DNA from: Paludibacteraceae bacterium
GTDB taxonomy: Bacteria; Bacteroidota; Bacteroidia; Bacteroidales; Paludibacteraceae
Direction: 5' to 3'
DNA length: 64,000 bases
Assembly (NCBI GenBank): GCA_017962085.1
Contig: JAGCWA010000033.1
Location: 31,264-95,263, forward strand
Shown here: piece by piece, positions 55,457 through 62,947 of the stretch
Position numbering within the stretch: the stretch's first letter is position 1
How the letters are laid out: every line of letters starts with the position of its first letter
Translations under genes and position numbers: made by a program
The notes under the pieces: generated by a model
Database searches by the model: none
Seen by the model: the letters and a program-made list of their open reading frames with translations, nothing else
What the model was told of the DNA's origin: nothing

Positions 55457-55706
55457 AGCTCCTTTTTTGTTGAAGCACTATCCGCTTTCGTTGAATATCT
55501 TCATATATAAGTAGTTGTTTTTATAACTTTGGAAACGTTAAAGTTGGTGCTTGGTGATTATTTTTTGATGAAAATTGTTTTATATGAGTGAATTATAAAA
55601 CTTTTTTACTACTTTAGCGTCGTGAAATGCATTGGTTGATTCGTTGGCGAATGTTTTTCACATTGGATTTAGACCCTAAATTGTGTTGTTCTATATATTA
55701 TTATGT

Positions 55707-55740
55707 GGTTGGCCCATTGAGAAATGCGCCAACCTTTTTT
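55707..55740 (+). terminator. Terminator-like hairpin with U-tract in the AT-rich intergenic region
   Basis: GGTTGGC (55707-55713) / GCCAACC (55728-55734), a 14-nt loop, T6 (55735-55740). It is 250 nt past the SNF2 stop and could terminate SNF2 read-through or a small transcript. Confidence 0.5.
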
Positions 55741-55960
55741 AAGATGAGGGATAGGAACTCATTGTTAAGAGGGGAAAGCGGTGGTTCTAGACAGATATTT
55801 TACAACCACATGTTAAAAACAAGGGTCTGTTTCCTGAAGAGCAAAAAAATGGTTATAATTGTATTCTAAAAGTATTGGGGTAAAATAAGTTAATATAGAT
55901 TTATAGTTATAATGACGATAATATTAAGACAATTAGAGTATTAAATAAAATTTGAAGGAT

Positions 55961-56437
55961 ATGAGAAATAAGTTTATTCCGGCGATATTGCTTTTTGCGT
56001 TGTGTTCTTTTTCAGCACAAGCGGCGACTGTGGTTACGATCACGGATAAGAGTGGCTCTTCAAAAGACTACAAGATTGAAGAGTCGGGCAAGTTGTACTT
56101 CTCTGATAACGCATTGATGATCAATGAAAAGGCAGGTGCGAAAGATGTGAATGTGCAAATTGCGGATATCAGGAAGATCATGTTCAAGTCTGGCTCTGTA
56201 GGTGTGGATGGAAATGCGTCCGACGCTATCTCTCTGTTCGCTTTCCCTAATCCGGTGAAGGACGTTTTATTCCTTGCAGGGGTGGGTAATGGAGAGAAGG
56301 TCAGTGTTTTTGCTGTGAATGGTTCGTTGGCAGGCGAATATACGTACTCCGATGAGGGTATTAATTTGTCTTCCTTGCCTGCGGGCGCATATATGATCAC
56401 AGTATCTGGTAAAACTGTAAAAATCACTAAGTTATGA
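55961..56437 (+). CDS. Small secreted protein consisting of a short N-terminal domain plus a type-A T9SS C-terminal sorting domain
   Basis: ATG 55961 is preferred over the TTG at 55952. Signal peptide MRNKFIPAILLFALCSFSAQA. C-terminus ISLFAFPNPVKDVLFLAGVGNGEKVSVFAVNGSLAGEYTYSDEGINLSSLPAGAYMITVSGKTVKITKL is a classic T9SS CTD. Confidence 0.8.
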   Translation: MRNKFIPAILLFALCSFSAQAATVVTITDKSGSSKDYKIEESGKLYFSDNALMINEKAGAKDVNVQIADIRKIMFKSGSVGVDGNASDAISLFAFPNPVKDVLFLAGVGNGEKVSVFAVNGSLAGEYTYSDEGINLSSLPAGAYMITVSGKTVKITKL

Positions 56438-58356
56438 AAAAATATGTATTCACGGCATGTGCGCTTTTGCTCTCTGTACTCGTGTGGGGTGAGTATTCTA
56501 TGCTCATCCATCGGTCGGAGGGAAAGGTCTCTGTGGCGAACTGTGAGTCGGTGGATAGTGTGAAATGCCTGCAGAAAAGTGTTAGGTTTCACAAAGAAGG
56601 TGATGATGTTTCTGACTATGATTATAGAACATTGGACAGCATTACATTCGTGGATGCGGACGAGTTGATTCCTCGCGACACGGTCTTCGTGACATTCTCG
56701 CGCAGTGGCGCGAAATGCGTGAATCCGTATGAGTCGTTTGTGGATATCAAGACCGACGGAGGAGTCGTCAATGTGAAGTCGACCGCCTATTACAAGGATA
56801 TTGTCTATGTGCTTTCCGGCTCGTCCGACAATGGTTCTTTTGTCATCGACTCGGAACGTAAGTTCAAGGTCATTCTGGATAATCTGACGTTGACCTCTAC
56901 GGGGCAGGTCTCTCCGATCCGTTCCTTCTCTGATAAGACGATGTCGATTGAACTGAAAGGTAAAAATGTTTTGACCGACTCCGATAAGGATACATGTAAC
57001 GCTGTGATCAGGAGCAAGGGCCAGATCGTGTTCGAGCCTTGCAATGGCTCGTTGGAGGTGAATGCCAAGCAGAAACGCGCTATCCAGTCGGGTGATTATA
57101 TCGAGGTGAATGGTGGTACCATCAAAACCACTTCGTCTCTTGGAGACTGTATACGTGCCAACGATTACTTCCTGATGACGGATGGAAAGCTTTCGTTGAA
57201 CGGAGGTGGACTGAACGTCACGGATGGTTATTTCCGTATGGATGGCGGTTCTTTGCAGGCGATTTCAGATATGGTCGATGTCAAGATGATCGATGTGGAA
57301 ACTGAATTTGTCGATGAGGAAGGTGATACCATCACCGATGCGGAGCATGGAGCTTTCTATTTAAATGGAGGCGATCTTGAGTTTACCATAGTTGGCGAAG
57401 GTTCACGTTTCGTCAAAACGGATGGTGATATTGTGGTGAAGGGTGGTAAGATTAGCGGAATGGTGGGAGGCCCATCTTTCTTGGAGACGATCGCCTCGGG
57501 TGCCGATATGGAAATCGATGTCACGAACTCTACAGCTTTGAAGGCGGATGGTTTCATTTACATCTATGGAGGTGTACATGATCTGCGTTCCGGCTCTGGT
57601 GCGGATGGTGCGCGTCTCCTCGCTTCGGATAACGGAATCGTGTTCGATGGAGGGGCGAAACTCACATTGTACAGCGAGTCCACCATGTTTGAGTATACTT
57701 CGAGTTCGGGGAAGGCGAAGAAAAAAATAGCGGCTGCGATTAAAACGGATAAGAATGTGGTCTTCAAGGATTGCGAGGTGAACATTATTTCCTCTTCGTA
57801 TGCCTATGGCATAGCGTCGGATGGCAACACGGAGGTGAACGACGGCGCCGTTGTCTCTATTATTTGTGAATCCAACGATGGTGTGTATGTCTGCACAGAT
57901 TGCGCTGGCAAGTTGGTTTGCAACGGTGGATATATCGCTTCTCGTTCAAATGCTTCATGGGCGTTCTCTTGCCCTATCAGCTTGAATGGCGGTCTAGCCG
58001 TCGGCTTCGGAAAGGCAAAGCATTCCTCTGGGTTGAAGAGCTCCAAGTATGGTTTGCTCCTTGACAGGGAATATGATGGTACTCCTTTCCAAGTGGTCGA
58101 TGAGGCTGGTAATGTGCTGTTCTCTCATAACGGAAAAGTGGGGAACGAAAAAGTGAGTGTCACCCAACTTTGTATGGGCTTCCAGTTCGTTAAGGGAGAT
58201 ACTTTCTACTATAAAGTGGGCGGCTCGCTGAAGAATGGTAATGACGTCGGTTATACTGGTTTCGTCGTGGATGGAACATATTCCGGTGGGGATTCGTATG
58301 AAGCGATTGGCCCTAGGGAGACAGGTCAGTATACTATTTCGAGAGAAGGCGAATGA
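56434..58356 (+). CDS. Secreted parallel beta-helix protein, Cthe_2159-like carbohydrate-binding family (tentative)
   Basis: 640 aa. Signal peptide MKKYVFTACALLLSVLVWG. Repetitive G/N/D-rich rungs (LDNLTLTSTG, IELKGKNVLTD, GSLEVNAKQKRAIQSGDYIEVNGGTIKTTSSLGDCIRANDYFLMTDGKLSLNGGG). No T9SS CTD is recognisable at the C-terminus. ATGA overlap with the upstream gene. Confidence 0.55.
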   Translation: MKKYVFTACALLLSVLVWGEYSMLIHRSEGKVSVANCESVDSVKCLQKSVRFHKEGDDVSDYDYRTLDSITFVDADELIPRDTVFVTFSRSGAKCVNPYESFVDIKTDGGVVNVKSTAYYKDIVYVLSGSSDNGSFVIDSERKFKVILDNLTLTSTGQVSPIRSFSDKTMSIELKGKNVLTDSDKDTCNAVIRSKGQIVFEPCNGSLEVNAKQKRAIQSGDYIEVNGGTIKTTSSLGDCIRANDYFLMTDGKLSLNGGGLNVTDGYFRMDGGSLQAISDMVDVKMIDVETEFVDEEGDTITDAEHGAFYLNGGDLEFTIVGEGSRFVKTDGDIVVKGGKISGMVGGPSFLETIASGADMEIDVTNSTALKADGFIYIYGGVHDLRSGSGADGARLLASDNGIVFDGGAKLTLYSESTMFEYTSSSGKAKKKIAAAIKTDKNVVFKDCEVNIISSSYAYGIASDGNTEVNDGAVVSIICESNDGVYVCTDCAGKLVCNGGYIASRSNASWAFSCPISLNGGLAVGFGKAKHSSGLKSSKYGLLLDREYDGTPFQVVDEAGNVLFSHNGKVGNEKVSVTQLCMGFQFVKGDTFYYKVGGSLKNGNDVGYTGFVVDGTYSGGDSYEAIGPRETGQYTISREGE

Positions 58357-58373
58357 TTTAGTCATGTATGGAC

Positions 58374-58407
58374 GGAGCACCGCAATCTGTGGCGCTCCGT
58401 TTTTTTT
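58374..58407 (+). terminator. Rho-independent terminator after the beta-helix gene
   Basis: GGAGCACCGC / GTGGCGCTCC (one mismatch, one G-U), then a T8 run. Confidence 0.65.
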
Positions 58408-58412
58408 GTTTT

Positions 58413-58934
58413 ATGGATAAGATTACACCGGAACAACGGAGCAAGACGATGTCTCGTATTCATAGCAAGAATACGAAGCCTGAGATGATTGTGCGTCGCT
58501 ACCTCTATGCGAACGGGTTCCGTTTCCGCGTGAATGTGCGTACGTTGCCCGGCACGCCTGATATCGTCCTAAAAAAATACCGCACTGCGATTTTCATTAA
58601 CGGATGCTTTTGGCATGGACATGTCTGCCAGCAGGGTAGGATGCCCAAGTCGAACGTGGAGTTTTGGTTGAGTAAAATCACACGTAATAAGGAGAGGGAC
58701 GAGGAGGTGCGTGATAAGCTCCGCGCGATAGGCTGGCGTACGATGGTGATTTGGGAGTGCCAGTTGAAGCCTGCTGTGAGGCAAAGCACGTTGGAGGGTG
58801 TGGTTTATTTGCTGAATGAGGCTTTCCTCGACCTCTATCGTGGCAAATGCAAGCCTTCCCTGGGTCGTGTGGATGAACCTGAAGAGTTCTCGCAATTGGT
58901 CGCGGAGGATTCTCCGCAATATGGTCGGAAGTAG
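58413..58934 (+). CDS. vsr: Very-short-patch repair endonuclease
   Basis: ATG 58413 (MDKITPEQRSKTMSRIHSKNTKPEMIVRR) is preferred over 58368 because the terminator lies between them. Motifs LPGTPDIVL and AIFINGCFWHGH are diagnostic of Vsr. Confidence 0.9.
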   Translation: MDKITPEQRSKTMSRIHSKNTKPEMIVRRYLYANGFRFRVNVRTLPGTPDIVLKKYRTAIFINGCFWHGHVCQQGRMPKSNVEFWLSKITRNKERDEEVRDKLRAIGWRTMVIWECQLKPAVRQSTLEGVVYLLNEAFLDLYRGKCKPSLGRVDEPEEFSQLVAEDSPQYGRK

Positions 58935-59180
58935 CGACGGTTGGGAAGAAATGCCCGTGTCGTCGTGTCTGCTAAACAAGAGCAGCGGAAAACGTTTGTT
59001 CCCCGCTAACGATCTTCCCAGACAATAACTCTTGCCTTATGTGGTAATTGTCCTTGGATATGTGAAGACTATCTTTTATTTATTCATTATGGCTTACTTT
59101 CTTGTACAGTATTGATCTTCTATCCCTTTTCGTGGACAACTCTTTTTTTTTATTGTGTTTTATTGTTCCTCTGAACATTG

Positions 59181-59188
59181 CAAAGGTA
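59181..59188 (-). promoter_or_regulatory. Orphan -7 box TACCTTTG (same TACCTTTGCA core as two of the tRNA promoters) with no annotated gene downstream
   Basis: The minus strand reads TACCTTTGCAATGTTCAGAGGAACAATAAAACAC. The next 240 nt on the minus strand carry no ORF of 60 aa or more and run into the 3' end of vsr. Confidence 0.3.
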
Positions 59189-59287
59189 GGGAGAGCCGGC
59201 GGGCTATGAAATCACTATATGTAGCTATTTGGCTCGCTTTTATTCCCTATAAGGGTGTATGGATAGGGTGATGATAGGTCTGTTATG

Positions 59288-59324
59288 AAAAAAGGCCACA
59301 ACATCAACATGTTGCAGCCTTTTT
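59288..59324 (-). terminator. Rho-independent terminator after tRNA-Asn copy 2
   Basis: The minus-strand RNA forms GGCUGCAACAU-GUUG-AUGUUGUGGCC (11 bp, two G-U) followed by U6. A runs and T runs lie on both sides, so it may act bidirectionally. Confidence 0.7.
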
Positions 59325-59325
59325 G

Positions 59326-59399
59326 CTCTCCCTCTTGGACTTGAACCAAGGACCCCCTGATTAACAGTCAGGTGCTCTAACCGACTGAGCTAAGGAAGA
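59326..59399 (-). tRNA. tRNA-Asn (anticodon GTT), second copy
   Basis: The reverse complement matches the 31117-31190 copy at 74 of 74 positions (checked by eye). Confidence 0.93.
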
Positions 59400-59420
59400 G
59401 TGTTTTTCTCTTTTGCGGTG

Positions 59421-59428
59421 CAAAGGTA
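59421..59428 (-). promoter_or_regulatory. -7 box TACCTTTG plus GCACCGCA for tRNA-Asn copy 2
   Basis: The minus strand reads TACCTTTGCACCGCAAAAGAGAAAAACAC directly abutting the tRNA 5' end. Confidence 0.55.
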
Positions 59429-59474
59429 AGTCGTTTTTGTGGAGTTTCCAAAAAACTGACGCACTATTTTTGCA

Positions 59475-60614
59475 CTATTTTCCTGTTTTTATCAACTTCT
59501 TTTCTATGATAAAGGAAACCAATTCGTTAGCCATCCTCTTGTGCGTGTCGATGGTAGGGTGGTAATCCTCTCCGAAGGGACCTTCCTGCGGTTTCGTCTC
59601 GAAATAGTGGATGTGGTTCTCCTCACCTCCGGCGTTTTGGATGGCTGTGAGCACGCATTGGCTGTAGCGTGTCAGCTGGTTCGGGAAGAACTCCATGTTG
59701 TCGTGCAGGGCTGGTCCGACGGCGCAGATGATCTCCGCATTAGGGTAATAGCCTTTCATGCGTTGGAGGAATGCTGTGTACTCGGCGATGAAGCGGATGG
59801 AGTCGACCCTGATCTTTGTGGTGCTCTCCGCCTGGTAGTCGTTCGTGCCTATGTTCAGTACTAGGATGTCGGGGATATATTCGTTGATGTCCCATTTGGA
59901 GTCTGCCTTGGTGGCGATGGTCTTGCCATAGAAGTGCGGGATGGTGTTCTCCGAGTCTCCTTCGTAGTTTCTGTAGACGCCTTTGCCCGAGTAGGCCGTG
60001 CATACATATTGCGCGTTCAATGCTCTGGCGGTGATGGCACCGTATGCGTAGTAGTTGTTTTCGTTAAGCGGGGAGAATCCGGCCTTTGGAATCATGGACG
60101 ATAGCTCGTTCCCGTACCCGCAGGTGAGGGAGTTGCCGACGAACTCCATCTTCAGGGAAGGAAGCGAGTCTGGATATACTAAGAACGCGTCGCTGGGCTT
60201 GTCCCCCACGAAGAAGCCGCAGAAGTTCACCTCTCCGACGAAGCTCTCCGTCAGTTTGATGAGCTCGACGGTGTGTAGGGTGTCCTTTAGTCGAGAAGCT
60301 AATATGTATTCGTATTGGCTTTCGCTCAGCACTATCTTCTGGGGCTCTCCGTTGTCGATGATGCAATAGAGGGTGTTATGCATCCCTGGCATGGCTTGGT
60401 CATTGAGCCTTGCGGTGATGGATGTTCCCCTGAATTTAGCCTGAATGGTGACTCCCGGGTAGGCGAACGACACGTAGTTCGGATTGCTCTTGTCGATACG
60501 TCCCACGTAGTTGATGTATGGGCTTGTCGGCTCATAGGATCCGTTGTTGCAACCGGTGAATACTGCCGCCATGATCAGTAACGCGTAGAATGATATCCTT
60601 TTAATCGTTTTCAT
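59475..60614 (-). CDS. SGNH/GDSL-family esterase lipoprotein with CE2-like architecture (N-terminal beta-sandwich plus SGNH domain)
   Basis: ATG 60614 is preferred (MKTIKRISFYALLIMAAVFTGC, lipobox) over 60641. Blocks FVGNSLTCGYG (Ser), YSGKG, NIGTNDY, DYHPT (His). Confidence 0.75.
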   Translation of the reverse strand: MKTIKRISFYALLIMAAVFTGCNNGSYEPTSPYINYVGRIDKSNPNYVSFAYPGVTIQAKFRGTSITARLNDQAMPGMHNTLYCIIDNGEPQKIVLSESQYEYILASRLKDTLHTVELIKLTESFVGEVNFCGFFVGDKPSDAFLVYPDSLPSLKMEFVGNSLTCGYGNELSSMIPKAGFSPLNENNYYAYGAITARALNAQYVCTAYSGKGVYRNYEGDSENTIPHFYGKTIATKADSKWDINEYIPDILVLNIGTNDYQAESTTKIRVDSIRFIAEYTAFLQRMKGYYPNAEIICAVGPALHDNMEFFPNQLTRYSQCVLTAIQNAGGEENHIHYFETKPQEGPFGEDYHPTIDTHKRMANELVSFIIEKKLIKTGK

Positions 60615-60615
60615 A

Positions 60616-61476
60616 TTATCCTTTGTCGTTAGGTTGGACACTTGGCCAAGGGTTCTCTACGATGCCTGCCAGCTCCACCATTTTGGCGTGGACGCGGTCC
60701 CTCATTTCGTCGACCGACTCCTTCCTCGGCAGGTTCATGTCTGGATAGATGGGTTCGCCTATGGTGATGTTGTACAATGGCTCATCCTTCTTGAAGTATT
60801 TGTACAAGCCTGTTCGTTCGCGGTAGGTGATGACCATTGGCACGATAGGCATTTGGTACTTGTAGGAGAAGATGAAGGCACCCTTCCTGAATGGACGGAG
60901 CGGCTTGTAGTTGTTCCATCTGCACTCCTCTGGGAAGACGTGGAACCAAGCTTTGCGCTCGTGGAGTGTGTCGAACGCTTGGTTGAATTTCTTCATGGCG
61001 CTCATGCTCTTCGGTACGGGTATGCCGCAGGTGTGGCGCATGTTGTCCCTGTCCTTCGTCTGGAAATTGTCCGCCCACGCAGGGTACCATAGCCTGAAAC
61101 GCTTGGAAGCTTGCCATACTGCGAGGAAGTCCCATCTATAGGCATGGTTGCAGACGGTGATCGCACCATCCTTCAGCTCTTTTTTGTACTTCTTCAGGTT
61201 CTCTCTGCCCTTGATGCGTAGACCGAAGATCAGCGGGTTGACCCAGAAGCAGACGAAGAAGGCGCGGAAAACGGCCCAGAGATGTCCGATCTTCCATTTG
61301 AAAGACTCGTCCAAGTAAGGGTAGTTCTCGTCGAACACCTCGTTGTAAATGTTTTCGTATATGAGTTTGTGGACGAACGGATCGTCTTCAGGAAAGGTGT
61401 CCTCCACGTCAGGAACGTATTCCCCTTCCTTTACTTTCATCATCTTGTAACGCTTATTCTCTAAACATGATCCCAT
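60616..61476 (-). CDS. PlsC/LPLAT-family acyltransferase (lysophospholipid acyltransferase-like)
   Basis: 286 aa. HX4D motif NHAYRWD. FPEECRW (EGTR-like block). The stop lies 1 nt before the downstream lipoprotein start. An alternative start is at MMKVKEG (61443). Confidence 0.8.
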   Translation of the reverse strand: MGSCLENKRYKMMKVKEGEYVPDVEDTFPEDDPFVHKLIYENIYNEVFDENYPYLDESFKWKIGHLWAVFRAFFVCFWVNPLIFGLRIKGRENLKKYKKELKDGAITVCNHAYRWDFLAVWQASKRFRLWYPAWADNFQTKDRDNMRHTCGIPVPKSMSAMKKFNQAFDTLHERKAWFHVFPEECRWNNYKPLRPFRKGAFIFSYKYQMPIVPMVITYRERTGLYKYFKKDEPLYNITIGEPIYPDMNLPRKESVDEMRDRVHAKMVELAGIVENPWPSVQPNDKG

Positions 61477-61502
61477 AATAGCTTAGTTATGTGTATTTTA
61501 AA

Positions 61503-61560
61503 TTCTTAATTCTTAATTCTTAACTCTTAACTCTTAATTCTTAACTCTTAATTATCTTAA
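61503..61560. repeat. Heptanucleotide tandem repeat (YTCTTAA)7 plus one degenerate unit; TTAAGAR on the minus strand
   Basis: Units at 61503, 61510, 61517, 61524, 61531, 61538 and 61545. The array spans the MBL-hydrolase stop codon (61541-61543) and the whole space upstream of the acyltransferase gene. Confidence 0.9.
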
Positions 61561-62197
61561 TGAGTTCCGGATTGGTCTCCTTCTCGTGCCCCAAGGTGGC
61601 TGGCTCGCCGTGTCCGCTGTAGAGCATGGTGTCGTCGGGTAGGGGAAGAAGCTTCTCCTTGATGCTCTTCACCAAGGTCTCGTAGTTGCCTCGGTGCATG
61701 TCCGTCCTTCCGATGCCTCCCTCCAGGATGGTGTCTCCCACGAAGGCGCAGTGTTCCTTCTCCTCGTAGAAGGCGAGTCCGCCGGGAGAGTGCCCCGGTA
61801 CCTGCAGCACGTTCAGCCGGATGCTCCCCACCTCTATCACATCACCGTCCACCAAATATCCTTTGAGCGGCAGCGCCTCGTCGTCCATCGGCATGTTGAA
61901 CATAACCAGCAGGTCTTGGTAGTGGTTGAGGAAGGTGATGTCCTTCTTGCAGGCCTCCGCTCCCACACCGAACGTCTCCTCCACGAAACGTTGTCCGTAG
62001 ATGTGGTCGAAGTGCAGGTGCGTGTCTAACACCCGTTTGATTTTTAGATTATTGTTTATGATATAATCCTTGAATGTCTTTCTTTCCTCTGCGCTCTGAC
62101 AACCGGGGTCGATGACAATCGCTTCATAGGTTTTCTCGTCTATGAGCACGTAGGTGTTTACGTTCAATATGTTGAATGTGAAACGTTTAACAATCAT
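61541..62197 (-). CDS. MBL-fold metallo-hydrolase (glyoxalase II-like)
   Basis: 218 aa. HLHFDHIYG (HxHxDH), VPGHSPGG, and GDTILEGGIGRTD. Confidence 0.88.
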   Translation of the reverse strand: MIVKRFTFNILNVNTYVLIDEKTYEAIVIDPGCQSAEERKTFKDYIINNNLKIKRVLDTHLHFDHIYGQRFVEETFGVGAEACKKDITFLNHYQDLLVMFNMPMDDEALPLKGYLVDGDVIEVGSIRLNVLQVPGHSPGGLAFYEEKEHCAFVGDTILEGGIGRTDMHRGNYETLVKSIKEKLLPLPDDTMLYSGHGEPATLGHEKETNPELIKIIKS

Positions 62198-62236
62198 TTC
62201 TTAGAATTATGGTTCGTTCATTCGTTTAAAATCAGG

Positions 62237-62244
62237 CAAATATA
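62237..62244 (-). promoter_or_regulatory. -7 box TATATTTG for the MBL hydrolase gene
   Basis: Minus strand TATATTTGCC, 40 nt upstream of the ATG at 62197. Confidence 0.45.
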
Positions 62245-62356
62245 TGCTTTTTTTGTGAAAAAATGGGTGGATTAATGCATTCTTTGGCACTAAATGAGCA
62301 AAATTTACGTTACTTTCGCGCATTGAAATAGCGTTGAAACATAAAGGGTAAGGATT

Positions 62357-62947
62357 ATGATGATTCAAATCGATGATACGATCATTTCCACGGACCTCTT
62401 CGACACGAGGTTCTGTTGCGATTTGTCCGTTTGCAAGGGTGAGTGTTGCGTGGAGGGTGACTCCGGCGCACCGTTGGAGAAGGATGAGTTGCCTGAGCTG
62501 GAGAAGGTGTTGCCTGTCGTGTGGGACGAATTGCCGGAGAAATCCCGTGAGGTGATAAAGCAGCAAGGCTTTTCCACGGTGGATGGGGATGGTGATTTGG
62601 TCACCTCCATCGTGGACGGATGTGAGTGCGTCTTCGCCTATTTCGATGAGGATGGCATGTGCAAGTGCGCCATCGAGAAGGCCTACAAGGAGGGTCGTGT
62701 CGGGTTCTACAAACCGATATCCTGCCATCTGTACCCTGTCCGTCTGGAGACGCTCCGGAACGGGACGGTGGCCTTGAACGTCCATCGTTGGAGGGTTTGC
62801 CGTTGCGCCTTCGCCAAGGGGCAGGAGGAGAACGTGCCGTTGTATGTTTTCCTGAAAGAACCGCTGATCCGTCGTTTCGGCAAAGAGTGGTACGAGAAGG
62901 TGGAGATCGCCGCCGAGGAACTGAAAAAGATGGAGGATCGAGGATGA
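62357..62947 (+). CDS. DUF3109-family Cys-rich protein
   Basis: 196 aa. MMIQIDDTIISTDLFDTRFCCDLSVCKGECCVEGDSGAPLEKDE matches the conserved N-terminus of Bacteroidetes DUF3109 proteins. Confidence 0.75.
   Translation: MMIQIDDTIISTDLFDTRFCCDLSVCKGECCVEGDSGAPLEKDELPELEKVLPVVWDELPEKSREVIKQQGFSTVDGDGDLVTSIVDGCECVFAYFDEDGMCKCAIEKAYKEGRVGFYKPISCHLYPVRLETLRNGTVALNVHRWRVCRCAFAKGQEENVPLYVFLKEPLIRRFGKEWYEKVEIAAEELKKMEDRG

Noticed and set aside
55627-55869. 80-aa ORF in the AT-rich gap (MHWLIRWRMFFTLDLDPKLCC...)
   Set aside because: It has no signal, motif or plausible composition, and it spans a terminator-like hairpin. It is more likely non-coding.
31117-59399. The idea that the two tRNA-Asn copies delimit an integrated genomic island
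   Set aside because: The copies are full-length genes in inverted (not direct) orientation. The enclosed genes include core functions (dnaE, trxA, prs). No integrase, excisionase or partial tRNA att repeat was found.
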